Below, piece by piece: positions 1 through 7,932 of a stretch of DNA of 13,302 nucleotides. The notes below the pieces were generated by a model. The model worked only from the letters and a program-made list of their open reading frames with translations. It had not been told where the DNA came from and searched no databases. The stretch comes from Armatimonadota bacterium (lineage in GTDB: Bacteria > Sysuimicrobiota > Sysuimicrobiia > Sysuimicrobiales > Humicultoraceae). Where the stretch lies: NCBI GenBank assembly GCA_037443365.1, contig JBBIOM010000045.1:1-13302 (forward strand). Direction: 5' to 3'. The position numbers and the translations under genes were made by a program. Numbering within the stretch: the first letter of the stretch is position 1; each line of letters starts with the position of its first letter.

Positions 1-92
1 TTGAAGCCCAGCGCCAACAGGACCCCCACCAGGCCCAGCACAACCACCAGCTCTACCACCGAGAAGGCCCGTTCGTTGCGACTCCCGCTCAC
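1..92 (-). CDS. Prepilin-type N-terminal cleavage/methylation protein (type IV pilin or pseudopilin); 5' part only, runs off the left edge
   Basis: Not in the ORF track. Manual translation from GTG at 92 gives MSGSRNERA|FSVVELVVVLGLVGVLLALGF: short charged leader, A|F cleavage site, Glu at +5 and a hydrophobic helix (class III signal peptide). GGAG lies about 8 nt upstream. Confidence 0.85.
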   Translation of the reverse strand, partial: MSGSRNERAFSVVELVVVLGLVGVLLALGF

Positions 93-212
93 CGTTGGAT
101 CTCCATTGTCCCCACCGCGACAGCCCGCGCCACGGCCTCCTTCACAAGTAGCCACAACGCGCGCGACCCGGTGTTTGTTCCTGCCTGGTAGTTTTCCCTG
201 GCCGGACCGGTC

Positions 213-1223
213 CTAGTCGCGGCTGAAGGAGAACAGCTTCTCACTTGGAACGACGATCCGCACGGCCCCCCGGGGGAGCGGCGTCCGGTGGTCGGCCATA
301 ACCACCTCGTCGCCGATGCGCACATAGGCGCGGTAGCCCGCCCCCAGGAAGAGCACGTCCACCACTTCTCCCTCGGCCCATGCAGAGCCCGGCGGGGGCG
401 TCTCCTCTGGAGGAATGATGCGAATGTCCTCCGCCCTTGCGATCAGGGTGCCTCCGGGCGCCGGGCGAATCCTGCCGTCCTCACCGACAACCGCCGCCAG
501 CACGTTCGTGGATCCCAGGAACTCGGCCACAAACGGGCTGGCGGGCCGCGCGTAGACCTCTTCAGGGGGGCCCGCCTGCGCGGTGCGTCCGCCCTCCATG
601 ACCACGACCACGTCGGCGATGCTCATCGCCTCCTCCTGGTCGTGGGTGACGTAGATCGCCGTGATGCCCGTACGGCGCTGCAGCGCCCGTATCTCCACGC
701 GCACGCGATGCCGGACCTTGGCGTCGAGGTTGCTTAGGGGTTCGTCGAGCAGGAGCACCTGGGGACGCACGGCGATGGCGCGGGCCAGCGCCACGCGCTG
801 CTGCTGCCCGCCCGATAGCTGCCGGGGCCGCCGCCGCTCGATCTCGGGCACGCGGTCGAGCTCGACCAGCTCCAGCGCCTCGCGAACCCTCTGCTCGACC
901 TCGCCGCGGGGAACCCTGCGCAGCCGCAGGGCGAAGGCCAGGTTCTCGAATACCGTCATGTGCGGCCACAGCGCGTAGCTCTGAAACACCATGGCCGTCC
1001 CCCGCGACTGCGGTGGCAGGTAGGTGACCTCGCGGTCGCCCATCCATACCCGCCCGCGGTCCGGGACCGCGAACCCGGCCAGACAGCGCAGCAGCGTGGT
1101 CTTGCCGCAACCGGATGGGCCGACGACCGCGGTCAGGGCCCCGGCGGGGAAGGTCTGGCTCACCCCGTCGAGCGCGGCCACCTGTCCGTAACGCTTGATC
1201 AGGCCTTCGACGCGTACTTCCAT
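213..1223 (-). CDS. ABC transporter ATP-binding protein (PotA/FbpC/MalK-like)
   Basis: Walker A GPSGCGKT, Q-loop MVFQSYALWPH, signature LSGGQQQR, Walker B LLLDEP, H-loop YVTHDQEEA, TOBE-like C-terminus. Confidence 0.95.
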   Translation of the reverse strand: MEVRVEGLIKRYGQVAALDGVSQTFPAGALTAVVGPSGCGKTTLLRCLAGFAVPDRGRVWMGDREVTYLPPQSRGTAMVFQSYALWPHMTVFENLAFALRLRRVPRGEVEQRVREALELVELDRVPEIERRRPRQLSGGQQQRVALARAIAVRPQVLLLDEPLSNLDAKVRHRVRVEIRALQRRTGITAIYVTHDQEEAMSIADVVVVMEGGRTAQAGPPEEVYARPASPFVAEFLGSTNVLAAVVGEDGRIRPAPGGTLIARAEDIRIIPPEETPPPGSAWAEGEVVDVLFLGAGYRAYVRIGDEVVMADHRTPLPRGAVRIVVPSEKLFSFSRD

Positions 1224-1250
1224 CGCCTCTCGATCACCCTCTGGGCGCGC

Positions 1251-2099
1251 TCACAGGCGCCCGAAGAACGCAAGGTACTCGGCTCTCAGGAACCGCTCGA
1301 GCAGCACGAGCAGCAGAATGCCCGGCACCATCAGGACGAGCGCGGTGACCGACGCGATCTGCAGTTCATAGCCCAGGCTCGCCGTGTACATGTAGACGGG
1401 CAGCGTCGTCACGTACGGGGCGCCCACGAGCAGGGTGCCAGTGAACTCGTCGAGCGAGTAGATGAAGACCAGGATCGCGCTGGCCACCACCCCGGGCAGC
1501 GCCAGCGGCAGCGAGATTCGAAAGAAGGTCCGCGTCACCGAGGCGCCCAGGTTGATGGCCGCCTCCTCGACGTCCTCGCCTATCGCGCGGAAAACCGCGG
1601 TCATGGTCCAGACCGTGTACACCAACCCGCCGACGAGGTGGATGAGCACGACGCCCAGGAAGGTGCCTGCCAGATTCCACCGGTAGAACAGCACCGTGGC
1701 GCTGGCGAACACCGGAAGCTGCGGGAAGGCCTGGGGCAGCAGGAACAGCATGAGCACGACCGGGCCGAGCGGGAGGCGGGCCCGCGCCGCGCCGTACGAG
1801 ACCGGGATCGCGGCGGCCAGCGCGGCCACGGTGGTCACGGTGGCGATCACGACGCTGCGGTTGAGGGCCTTGAGGAGGTCTCCTTGTGTGATTCGGATCC
1901 AGAACTTGAGCCCGATCTGCTGGGGCAGCGCCGCCGGCCAGTGCCAGCGCTCCGCCACCGACCAGAGCACCAGCCCGGCAAGGGGCCCGACAATGGCCAC
2001 CAACAGCACGGTCACGAGCGCAGCGCGCAGGACGAGCGACGACAGCCCCCTGGGCCGATCCTGCGCGCTTCGCCTGCCGGAGGCGGCCATGCGCGTCAC
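1251..2099 (-). CDS. ABC transporter permease (PotC-like)
   Basis: C-terminal part of the 612-aa ORF; hydrophobic helices and EAA loop (EEAAINLGAS). GTG at 2099 overlaps the upstream stop (GTGA); ATG at 2090 is an alternative start. Confidence 0.9.
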   Translation of the reverse strand: MTRMAASGRRSAQDRPRGLSSLVLRAALVTVLLVAIVGPLAGLVLWSVAERWHWPAALPQQIGLKFWIRITQGDLLKALNRSVVIATVTTVAALAAAIPVSYGAARARLPLGPVVLMLFLLPQAFPQLPVFASATVLFYRWNLAGTFLGVVLIHLVGGLVYTVWTMTAVFRAIGEDVEEAAINLGASVTRTFFRISLPLALPGVVASAILVFIYSLDEFTGTLLVGAPYVTTLPVYMYTASLGYELQIASVTALVLMVPGILLLVLLERFLRAEYLAFFGRL

Positions 2100-2917
2100 C
2101 GCGTCACGCCCTTCAGGTAGTAGTAGGCCGCGCCTGCGGCGAGGATGTAGGACACAACGCCGATCGCGCTGGCGACCCCGAAGTCGCCGTGCTGCCCGTA
2201 CCGGTAATACAGGTCGATCATGAGCATCTGCGGTCCGGACCCCTTCGACATCATCAGGGGGATCGAGAACGAGGCCAGCATCGAGGTGAGCGAGAGCACC
2301 ACGGCAAGCCCGATTGAAGGCGCCGCCATGGGCACCAGCACCGCCCAGATCTGCCGGAAGGTTCCGGCGCCGAATCCGCGCGCGGCCTCCAGGTACTCCT
2401 CGCCGACGCCCCTGAAGGCGCCCATCAGGAGCAGAACCACGAGGGCCAGGTGCTTCCATGCAAGCGCCACGGCAAGCCCCAGCGCCCCCTCGCCGATGCC
2501 CAGGGTGGCATCCTGAGACGCCAGCCCCAGCGCGTGCAGCCCTACCAGAAGCGTGCCGCGCGGCGCCAGGAAGATGCGCATGGCGTGGCCCACGACGACA
2601 AACGGCACGAAGAGCGGCACCTTGAGCAGGAACTCGGCGGTCTGCGAGCGATGCAGCCGCAGGTAGCCGCTGAGGGGGATGCCGATCCCAAAGGTCAGGG
2701 CCAGCCCCGCAGCGGCCACCTGGATCGTGTAGGCGACATCCTGCCGGTACAGCCGGTAGACCAGCTCGTAGTTCGCGAGCGTCAGGACGCCCTCGCGCGT
2801 GAACGACGCGACAACCGACTGGACCAGCGGAAACCCGAATCCAACGACTATCACCATGGTGGCCGGCACGGCGGCCAGCCACCACAGCGCCTGCTCCACC
2901 GGCCGTGTCGCGTTCAC
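2096..2917 (-). CDS. ABC transporter permease (PotB-like)
   Basis: Multiple TM segments, EAA motif LEAARGFGAG; GTG start abuts the binding-protein stop. Confidence 0.92.
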   Translation of the reverse strand: MNATRPVEQALWWLAAVPATMVIVVGFGFPLVQSVVASFTREGVLTLANYELVYRLYRQDVAYTIQVAAAGLALTFGIGIPLSGYLRLHRSQTAEFLLKVPLFVPFVVVGHAMRIFLAPRGTLLVGLHALGLASQDATLGIGEGALGLAVALAWKHLALVVLLLMGAFRGVGEEYLEAARGFGAGTFRQIWAVLVPMAAPSIGLAVVLSLTSMLASFSIPLMMSKGSGPQMLMIDLYYRYGQHGDFGVASAIGVVSYILAAGAAYYYLKGVTR

Positions 2918-4066
2918 CTAGCGGACGATCTCCTCGTACGCCAGCAGGATGGCGTCGTAGTAGTCGCCGATCGGCATCTGCTGGGAGTACCGGGCCAGGT
3001 CTTCGGGCGTGACCCCCTTGAACAGCAGCGCCCTTGCCGCGGGGGAGACCAGCGGCATCACGCGGTTGGGATCTATGCCCGGGTACCATCCGAACTGCTC
3101 GACGATGACCTTGGCCTGAATCTGCGGGTTGGCCACGAAGTCAATGTACTTCCCGGCCCAGTCGCGATTGGCGGCCTCGCGGGGGACCGTCAGGTAGAGG
3201 GGGTAGATGGGCAGCCCGGGCGCGATCATCACCGGGGTGATGTCGGGGTTCATGCGGCCCTCGTTCTTCCAGGCCACGAGTTGATCCACCCATACCGCGC
3301 CCATCCAGATCTCGCCGCGGTTCAGGGCATCCAGGGTGCCGGCGTTTCCGGAGGTTACCGTGACGTTGCGGTTGAACTCGCGGAGCTGCTCGATGGCGGC
3401 GCGAATGATGCCGTCGTTGGCCCTATCGAACGGCCCCTGGGCGAAGAGGTCGTAACGGCCACTCTTGTAGTAGACCCATCCCATCACGAACCCGATGCCG
3501 GACACACCGCCCTTGATCCCGTTGTAGCCGAACCGCCTGGGATTGGCGCGCACCCATGCCTCCAGCTCGGCAAATGACCGCGGCGGCTTCGACACGAACT
3601 GAGGGTTGTAGGCGATGGCTATCTGGTTGCGGAACATGGGAACGACGTAGCCCTTGATGTTCACCCCGAAGGCGCGCTCGGTGTCCGGGCCCACGACGTA
3701 CGGGGCGAACTGCATGTCGGAGACGAAGCGGTGCAGGAGGTTCTCCTTGGCCATCTGGGAAGCGTAGCGCATGGACACGAGCGCCACGTCAACGTCCCAG
3801 TTGCGGCGGCCGACATCCGCCTGGGCCTTGAGTTTCGTGTAGATGGCCCTGCTCGCCGCCTCTCCGGTGCCCGTGCCGACCGCGTTGACGCTCACGGCCG
3901 GGTGGTTCTTGTTGAAGGCCACGCCCAGGTAGTTGCGGTGAACCTCGACCACGTTCACGTCCGCGGCGATGGCCACCTGCAGCGTCACGCGGGACTGCCC
4001 GTATCCTGCCGAGCCGGTGGCCGCGACGGCCACCAGCGCAAGCAGGGCTGCTGCCGTTCTCCTCAT
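2918..4066 (-). CDS. ABC transporter extracellular solute-binding protein (PotD/YnjB-like)
   Basis: Signal peptide MRRTAAALLALVAVAA, PBP2-type segments (IAYNPQFV, LDALNRGEIW, KYIDFVANPQIQ), strong SD GGAGG, operon position. Confidence 0.9.
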   Translation of the reverse strand: MRRTAAALLALVAVAATGSAGYGQSRVTLQVAIAADVNVVEVHRNYLGVAFNKNHPAVSVNAVGTGTGEAASRAIYTKLKAQADVGRRNWDVDVALVSMRYASQMAKENLLHRFVSDMQFAPYVVGPDTERAFGVNIKGYVVPMFRNQIAIAYNPQFVSKPPRSFAELEAWVRANPRRFGYNGIKGGVSGIGFVMGWVYYKSGRYDLFAQGPFDRANDGIIRAAIEQLREFNRNVTVTSGNAGTLDALNRGEIWMGAVWVDQLVAWKNEGRMNPDITPVMIAPGLPIYPLYLTVPREAANRDWAGKYIDFVANPQIQAKVIVEQFGWYPGIDPNRVMPLVSPAARALLFKGVTPEDLARYSQQMPIGDYYDAILLAYEEIVR

Positions 4067-4111
4067 GGTTCCTCCCTCCTCCCCTTTGGGGAACTTGCCT
4101 GATTCGATGCA

Positions 4112-4612
4112 CTAACCCCCATGCGCGCGCCGGCGCAGGACCGCGGCGTCCCATGCGAGCGCCACTGCCTCGGCGGGCCCGTCCGCGCGCACGATGGGGT
4201 CGGATTCCATCCCCTCGCGCCGGAGCACCCAGGTTCTGCAGCCCACGACCGCAACTCCCAGCTTGAGCGCGTAGGCGATCTCCGACAGGGTCCCGTAGGC
4301 GCCGCCTATCGCGATCACCGCCTCGGCGGTGCGCGCGATCAGGACGTTGCGCCCCTCGCCCATGCCCGTGACGATCGGAATGGTCACGTGGGGGCTTCCA
4401 CCCTCGGCCCCAGACCCCGGCATGATGCCCACGACGATGCCGCCTTCTAGGGCGGCGCCGCGCGCGGCGCCGGCCATCACGCCTCCCATGCCGCCGCAGA
4501 CAATCACGCCGCCCCGTCGCGCGATCTCGCGCCCGACCTCCTCGGCCGCCGCAACGAGCGCCGGGGTGGCGTCCTGCTCGCCGATCACGCCTATGCGCAG
4601 CGGCCTATTCAC
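4112..4612 (-). CDS. TIGR00725 family protein (LOG / Rossmann-fold nucleotide-binding, possible AMP phosphoribohydrolase)
   Basis: RIGVIG...VCGGMGGVM...TGMGEGRN...IGGAYGTLSE motifs; GTG at 4612 overlaps the GntR 3' end. The ORF-track start at 4702 is too long. Confidence 0.88.
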   Translation of the reverse strand: MNRPLRIGVIGEQDATPALVAAAEEVGREIARRGGVIVCGGMGGVMAGAARGAALEGGIVVGIMPGSGAEGGSPHVTIPIVTGMGEGRNVLIARTAEAVIAIGGAYGTLSEIAYALKLGVAVVGCRTWVLRREGMESDPIVRADGPAEAVALAWDAAVLRRRAHGG

Positions 4613-5324
4613 GATAGACCTCGTAGCAGTAGTCAATGGGTACGTCCCCGTCCACGAACGTCGTGCCCTCCACAACCAGCACCGGGTCGCCCGGCGCGAC
4701 ACCCAGCAGCGCCGCCTCTGCGCGGCCGGGCCTGGCCGCGCGGTAGGTGCGGTCGCCCCGCGTGAACCGGTAGCCGTACCGGCTCTGGATGATCACGTAG
4801 AGCGAGTCCTCCTCGAGGTCGCAGCGGTCCAGGTCGGGACAGCGGGACAGCGGGACGTTGGAGACGTTGTAGGCCACGGGTTGACCGTGCACGGCGCGGA
4901 TGCGGCGGATCTGCAACACGCGCTCCCCGGGCCCGAGGCGCAGCGCCTTGCGGACCGGTCCCGGCGGGACCACCCGCCGGGCCCCCAGCAGCCTGTTCTG
5001 CACCTCAAGTCCCCTGGAACGCATCTCCTCCGTGAACGAGAGCACGGTCCAGAACCGGCGAAGGGCGCGCGGCCGGGTGACGAAGGTGCCCCTGCCGTGG
5101 TCGCGACGCAGGAGGCCGTCGCCCACCAGCCCGGCGATGGCCTGCCGCACCGTCATCTTGCTGACCCCGAGCCGCAAGACCAGCTCCTGCTCGGAGGGGA
5201 AACGGGCGCCCTCGGGCCACCTTCCCTCCCGAATCTCGCGCGCAAACTGCGCCTCGATTTGCAGATACTTGGGGATCCCTGAGCCCGGGTTCATCGCGGA
5301 CCGATCTAGACGACTAGACGACAT
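4605..5324 (-). CDS. GntR family transcriptional regulator, HutC/UTRA subfamily
   Basis: wHTH (PKYLQI...FPSEQEL...VSKMTVRQAI...GRGTFV) and UTRA domain (SFTEEMRSRG...SLYVII). ATG at 5324 is preceded by GGAG; ATG at 5294 is an alternative start. Confidence 0.93.
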   Translation of the reverse strand: MSSSRLDRSAMNPGSGIPKYLQIEAQFAREIREGRWPEGARFPSEQELVLRLGVSKMTVRQAIAGLVGDGLLRRDHGRGTFVTRPRALRRFWTVLSFTEEMRSRGLEVQNRLLGARRVVPPGPVRKALRLGPGERVLQIRRIRAVHGQPVAYNVSNVPLSRCPDLDRCDLEEDSLYVIIQSRYGYRFTRGDRTYRAARPGRAEAALLGVAPGDPVLVVEGTTFVDGDVPIDYCYEVYRE

Positions 5325-5333
5325 CGCTTCTCC

Positions 5334-5363
5334 ATGGTGCCCCACGAGGGTGGGGCCTGTCAA
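5334..5363 (-). promoter_or_regulatory. Putative sigma70 promoter of the gntR-LOG-ABC operon
   Basis: TTGACA (5363-5358), 18-nt spacer, CACCAT (5339-5334); a perfect 7-bp inverted repeat GCCCCAC-N4-GTGGGGC (5339-5356) covers the spacer. Confidence 0.5.
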
Positions 5364-5447
5364 TCGGGGGGCTGCCCGACGCCCTCCGCGCGCCGCTAGA
5401 TGAGAAACATGTCCGGACAAAGAACAGGATCCGGGGGGCGAAGCGCC

Positions 5448-6545
5448 GTGCAGCATGTCATGCCGCTTTCACCCGAGCCCGCCCGGTGCCGCATCTGCGG
5501 GACCGAGTCTGTGCTCGTCGCGCGTCAGTTGCGCGTCTGCGGGGCGTGCCTGCGCTCCAACCCGGATCGCGCCCTTCCGATGACGCGGGCGGCGCACCGC
5601 AGGGCGCGCCGCCTCTTCAATCTGCCAGCGGAGCCCCCGCGCTCGGCCGGGGGGATTCTTTGCACGCTGTGCGCCCGCGCCTGCCGCATGGCCGAGGGAG
5701 AGCGCGGCTACTGCAACCTCCGCGAGAACCGAAAGGGACGGATGGTCACCCTCGCCGGAGGTCCTGGGGCCGGGGTCCTGCGCTGGTACTACGATCCGCT
5801 CCCGACCAACTGCGTCGCCATGGAGGTCTGCGGGGAGCGCGGCAGCCAGGGCAGAGACAACCTGGCGGTCTTCTACGGCTCCTGCTCGCTGGGCTGCCTG
5901 TTCTGCCAGAACTGGAGCCACATGCAGGACGCGGCGGCGCTCGGCCCGCGGGTCAGCGCGTCCGAACTCGCAGACGCCGCAGGAGGTCGCGTCGCCTGCA
6001 TCTGCTACTTCGGGGGCGATCCGGCCCCGCAGCTCCCGCATGCCCTGGCCGCGTCGCGCCTGGCCCGAAGCAGGCGGCCGGTCCGGATCTGCTGGGAAAC
6101 GAACGGCACGATGCACCCCAGGCTCCTGCGGCAGGTCATCGAGGTCTCGCTGCAAAGCGGCGGCACGATCAAGTTCGACCTGAAGGCCGCAAGCGAGCCG
6201 CTCCACGTGGCCCTGACTGGATTCTCCAACCGGCGGACCCTGGAGAACTTCGCCGCCGCGTCGCTGCGCGCGCGCGAACGCCCTGATCCGCCGCTGGTGG
6301 TGGCCAGCACGCCGCTCGTGCCGGGTTACGTGGACGAGGAAGAGGTGGCGGCCATCGCAGGACTGATCGCCTCGCAGGACCCCGAGATCCCCTACAGGCT
6401 GCTGGCGTTCTGCCCGAACTTCCTGATGGAAAACCTGCCCACGACTTCGCGGGCACACGCCGCGCGCTGCCTGGCCGCGGCGCGTGGGGCAGGCGTGCGA
6501 AACGTGGGGCTGGGCAACGTGGGGCTGCTCAGCAACCTCTACTGA
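5448..6545 (+). CDS. Radical SAM protein (PFL-activase/AmmeMemoRadiSam-like) with a Cys-rich N-terminal extension
   Basis: CSLGCLFCQN (CxxxCxxC), GGDP, ETNG, KFDLK and TPLVPGY motifs; N-terminal CxxC...CxxC and CxxCxxxC...C. Start is uncertain (GTG 5448 or ATG 5460; the track gives 5400). Confidence 0.88.
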   Translation: MQHVMPLSPEPARCRICGTESVLVARQLRVCGACLRSNPDRALPMTRAAHRRARRLFNLPAEPPRSAGGILCTLCARACRMAEGERGYCNLRENRKGRMVTLAGGPGAGVLRWYYDPLPTNCVAMEVCGERGSQGRDNLAVFYGSCSLGCLFCQNWSHMQDAAALGPRVSASELADAAGGRVACICYFGGDPAPQLPHALAASRLARSRRPVRICWETNGTMHPRLLRQVIEVSLQSGGTIKFDLKAASEPLHVALTGFSNRRTLENFAAASLRARERPDPPLVVASTPLVPGYVDEEEVAAIAGLIASQDPEIPYRLLAFCPNFLMENLPTTSRAHAARCLAAARGAGVRNVGLGNVGLLSNLY

Positions 6546-6558
6546 GCGCCGGAGGCCC

Positions 6559-7803
6559 TTACGCGCGCGCGAAGACGGCGACGATGTTCTGCCCGCCGAA
6601 ACCGAATCCGTTGGCCATGGCGACGCCCACCTTCGTGTTGCGGGCCACATTCGGAACGCAGTCCAGGTCGCACTCGGGGTCCTGGCGCTCCAGATTGATG
6701 GTAGGAGGAATGACGCCTTCGTGGATCGCCCCTACCGCGACCAGCGCGTTCAGCGCGCCGGCCGCGCCCATCAGGTGCCCCACCATGGACTTGGGCGCGC
6801 TGACCGCGACGCGGTCCGCCTGGGCCCCGAGTGCCTTCCGGATCGCGCGGGCCTCGGCGATGTCGCCGGCAGGGGTAGCGGTGGCATGGGCGCACACGAG
6901 GTCCACGTCCTCCGGTGAGAGCCCGGCGTGCTGCAGGGCGAGCGTCATCGCGCGCGCCGCCCCGTTCCCGTCGGGATCAGGGGCGGCCACATGGTAGGCG
7001 TCGCCTGTTACAGCGCCGCCCCGGGCAGCCGCGTAGATGCGCGCCCCGCGGGCGCGCGCGTGACCCCCTCGCTCCAGCACCAGCGCGACCGCGCCCTCCC
7101 CGAACACGAAGCCGTCCCTGTCCAGGTCGAAGGGCCGGCTGGCACGCTCGGGTTCGGCGTTGCGCCGGGACAGGGCCCGCATGTTCGACATCGCGGCAAA
7201 CGAGAGGGGGGTCAGCGCCGACTCGCACCCGCCGGCCACCACGACGTCGGCCTCTCCGTTGCGGATCAGCCGGATGGCGTCCACGACTGCCAGCACGCCT
7301 GCCGCGCACGCCGCGGTCGAGGTGAGCACGGGCCCGCGGAGACCCAATGATATGGAGATCTGGCACGAGGCGATGTTGGGCATCATCATCGGGACGAACA
7401 GCGGGCTTACGCGACGCGGGCCGCGCTCGTCCATGAGGCCCTTCTCCCTCTCGACGAGACCCACCCCGCCGCCGCCGGTGTTCATCACCACGCCTATCCG
7501 GTGCGCGTCGGCCGCCTGCGGGTCCAGGCCCGCGTCCGCGAGTGCTTCGACGGCGGACGCGAGCGCGAACTGCGCAAACCGCTCCAGGCGGCCGGCCATC
7601 TTGCCCTCCGCGCACCGCGAGGGATCGAACCCCCGGACCTCGGCCGCGATCTGCACCGGCAGGTCCGAGGCGTCGAACTGCGTGATGCGCCCGACCCCGG
7701 ACCGGCCCGCGCACAGGGCCTGCCAGGTGTCGGGCCAGGTCAGCCCCACCGGGGTGATGGCACCCAGACCGGTCACGACTACTTCGAGCGGGTGAGGGCT
7801 CAT
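6559..7803 (-). CDS. fabF: Beta-ketoacyl-ACP synthase II
   Basis: VVVTGLGAITPVG N-terminus, Cys-His-His triad (TAACAAG, AHATAT, KSMVGH), SRPFDLDRDGFVFGEGA, NGFGFGGQN; start trimmed to ATG at 7803. Confidence 0.93.
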   Translation of the reverse strand: MSPHPLEVVVTGLGAITPVGLTWPDTWQALCAGRSGVGRITQFDASDLPVQIAAEVRGFDPSRCAEGKMAGRLERFAQFALASAVEALADAGLDPQAADAHRIGVVMNTGGGGVGLVEREKGLMDERGPRRVSPLFVPMMMPNIASCQISISLGLRGPVLTSTAACAAGVLAVVDAIRLIRNGEADVVVAGGCESALTPLSFAAMSNMRALSRRNAEPERASRPFDLDRDGFVFGEGAVALVLERGGHARARGARIYAAARGGAVTGDAYHVAAPDPDGNGAARAMTLALQHAGLSPEDVDLVCAHATATPAGDIAEARAIRKALGAQADRVAVSAPKSMVGHLMGAAGALNALVAVGAIHEGVIPPTINLERQDPECDLDCVPNVARNTKVGVAMANGFGFGGQNIVAVFARA

Positions 7804-7828
7804 ACGACCATGGTAGCAGACCATGGTA
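7804..7828 (-). promoter_or_regulatory. Extended -10 element directly upstream of the fabF ATG (leaderless transcript), overlapped by a tandem GACCATGGTA repeat
   Basis: Minus strand reads TG-c-TACCAT-ggtcgt-ATG with no SD; the 10-bp direct repeats are at 7806-7815 and 7819-7828. Confidence 0.6.
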
Positions 7829-7932
7829 TGGGTGAGTATTCCTGAAGGCATGCTGGCGGTGCTCGGAGAAGTGGATAGGTGGAAGTGTGCCAGGGCAAGC
7901 ACGCTGGCGAGATCCGGAACAGGGAGAGGCGG

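Noticed and set aside
89-142. AAGGAGG followed by a 14-codon uORF overlapping the pilin start, or a riboswitch in 93-212
   Set aside because: The SD-to-GTG spacing is only 2 nt, and no c-di-GMP or other riboswitch consensus could be recognised.
2100-3089. N-terminal extension of the 612-aa ORF suggesting a fused permease
   Set aside because: It overlaps two clear genes in other frames and is Arg/Gly/Pro-rich, typical of a GC-rich off-frame read.
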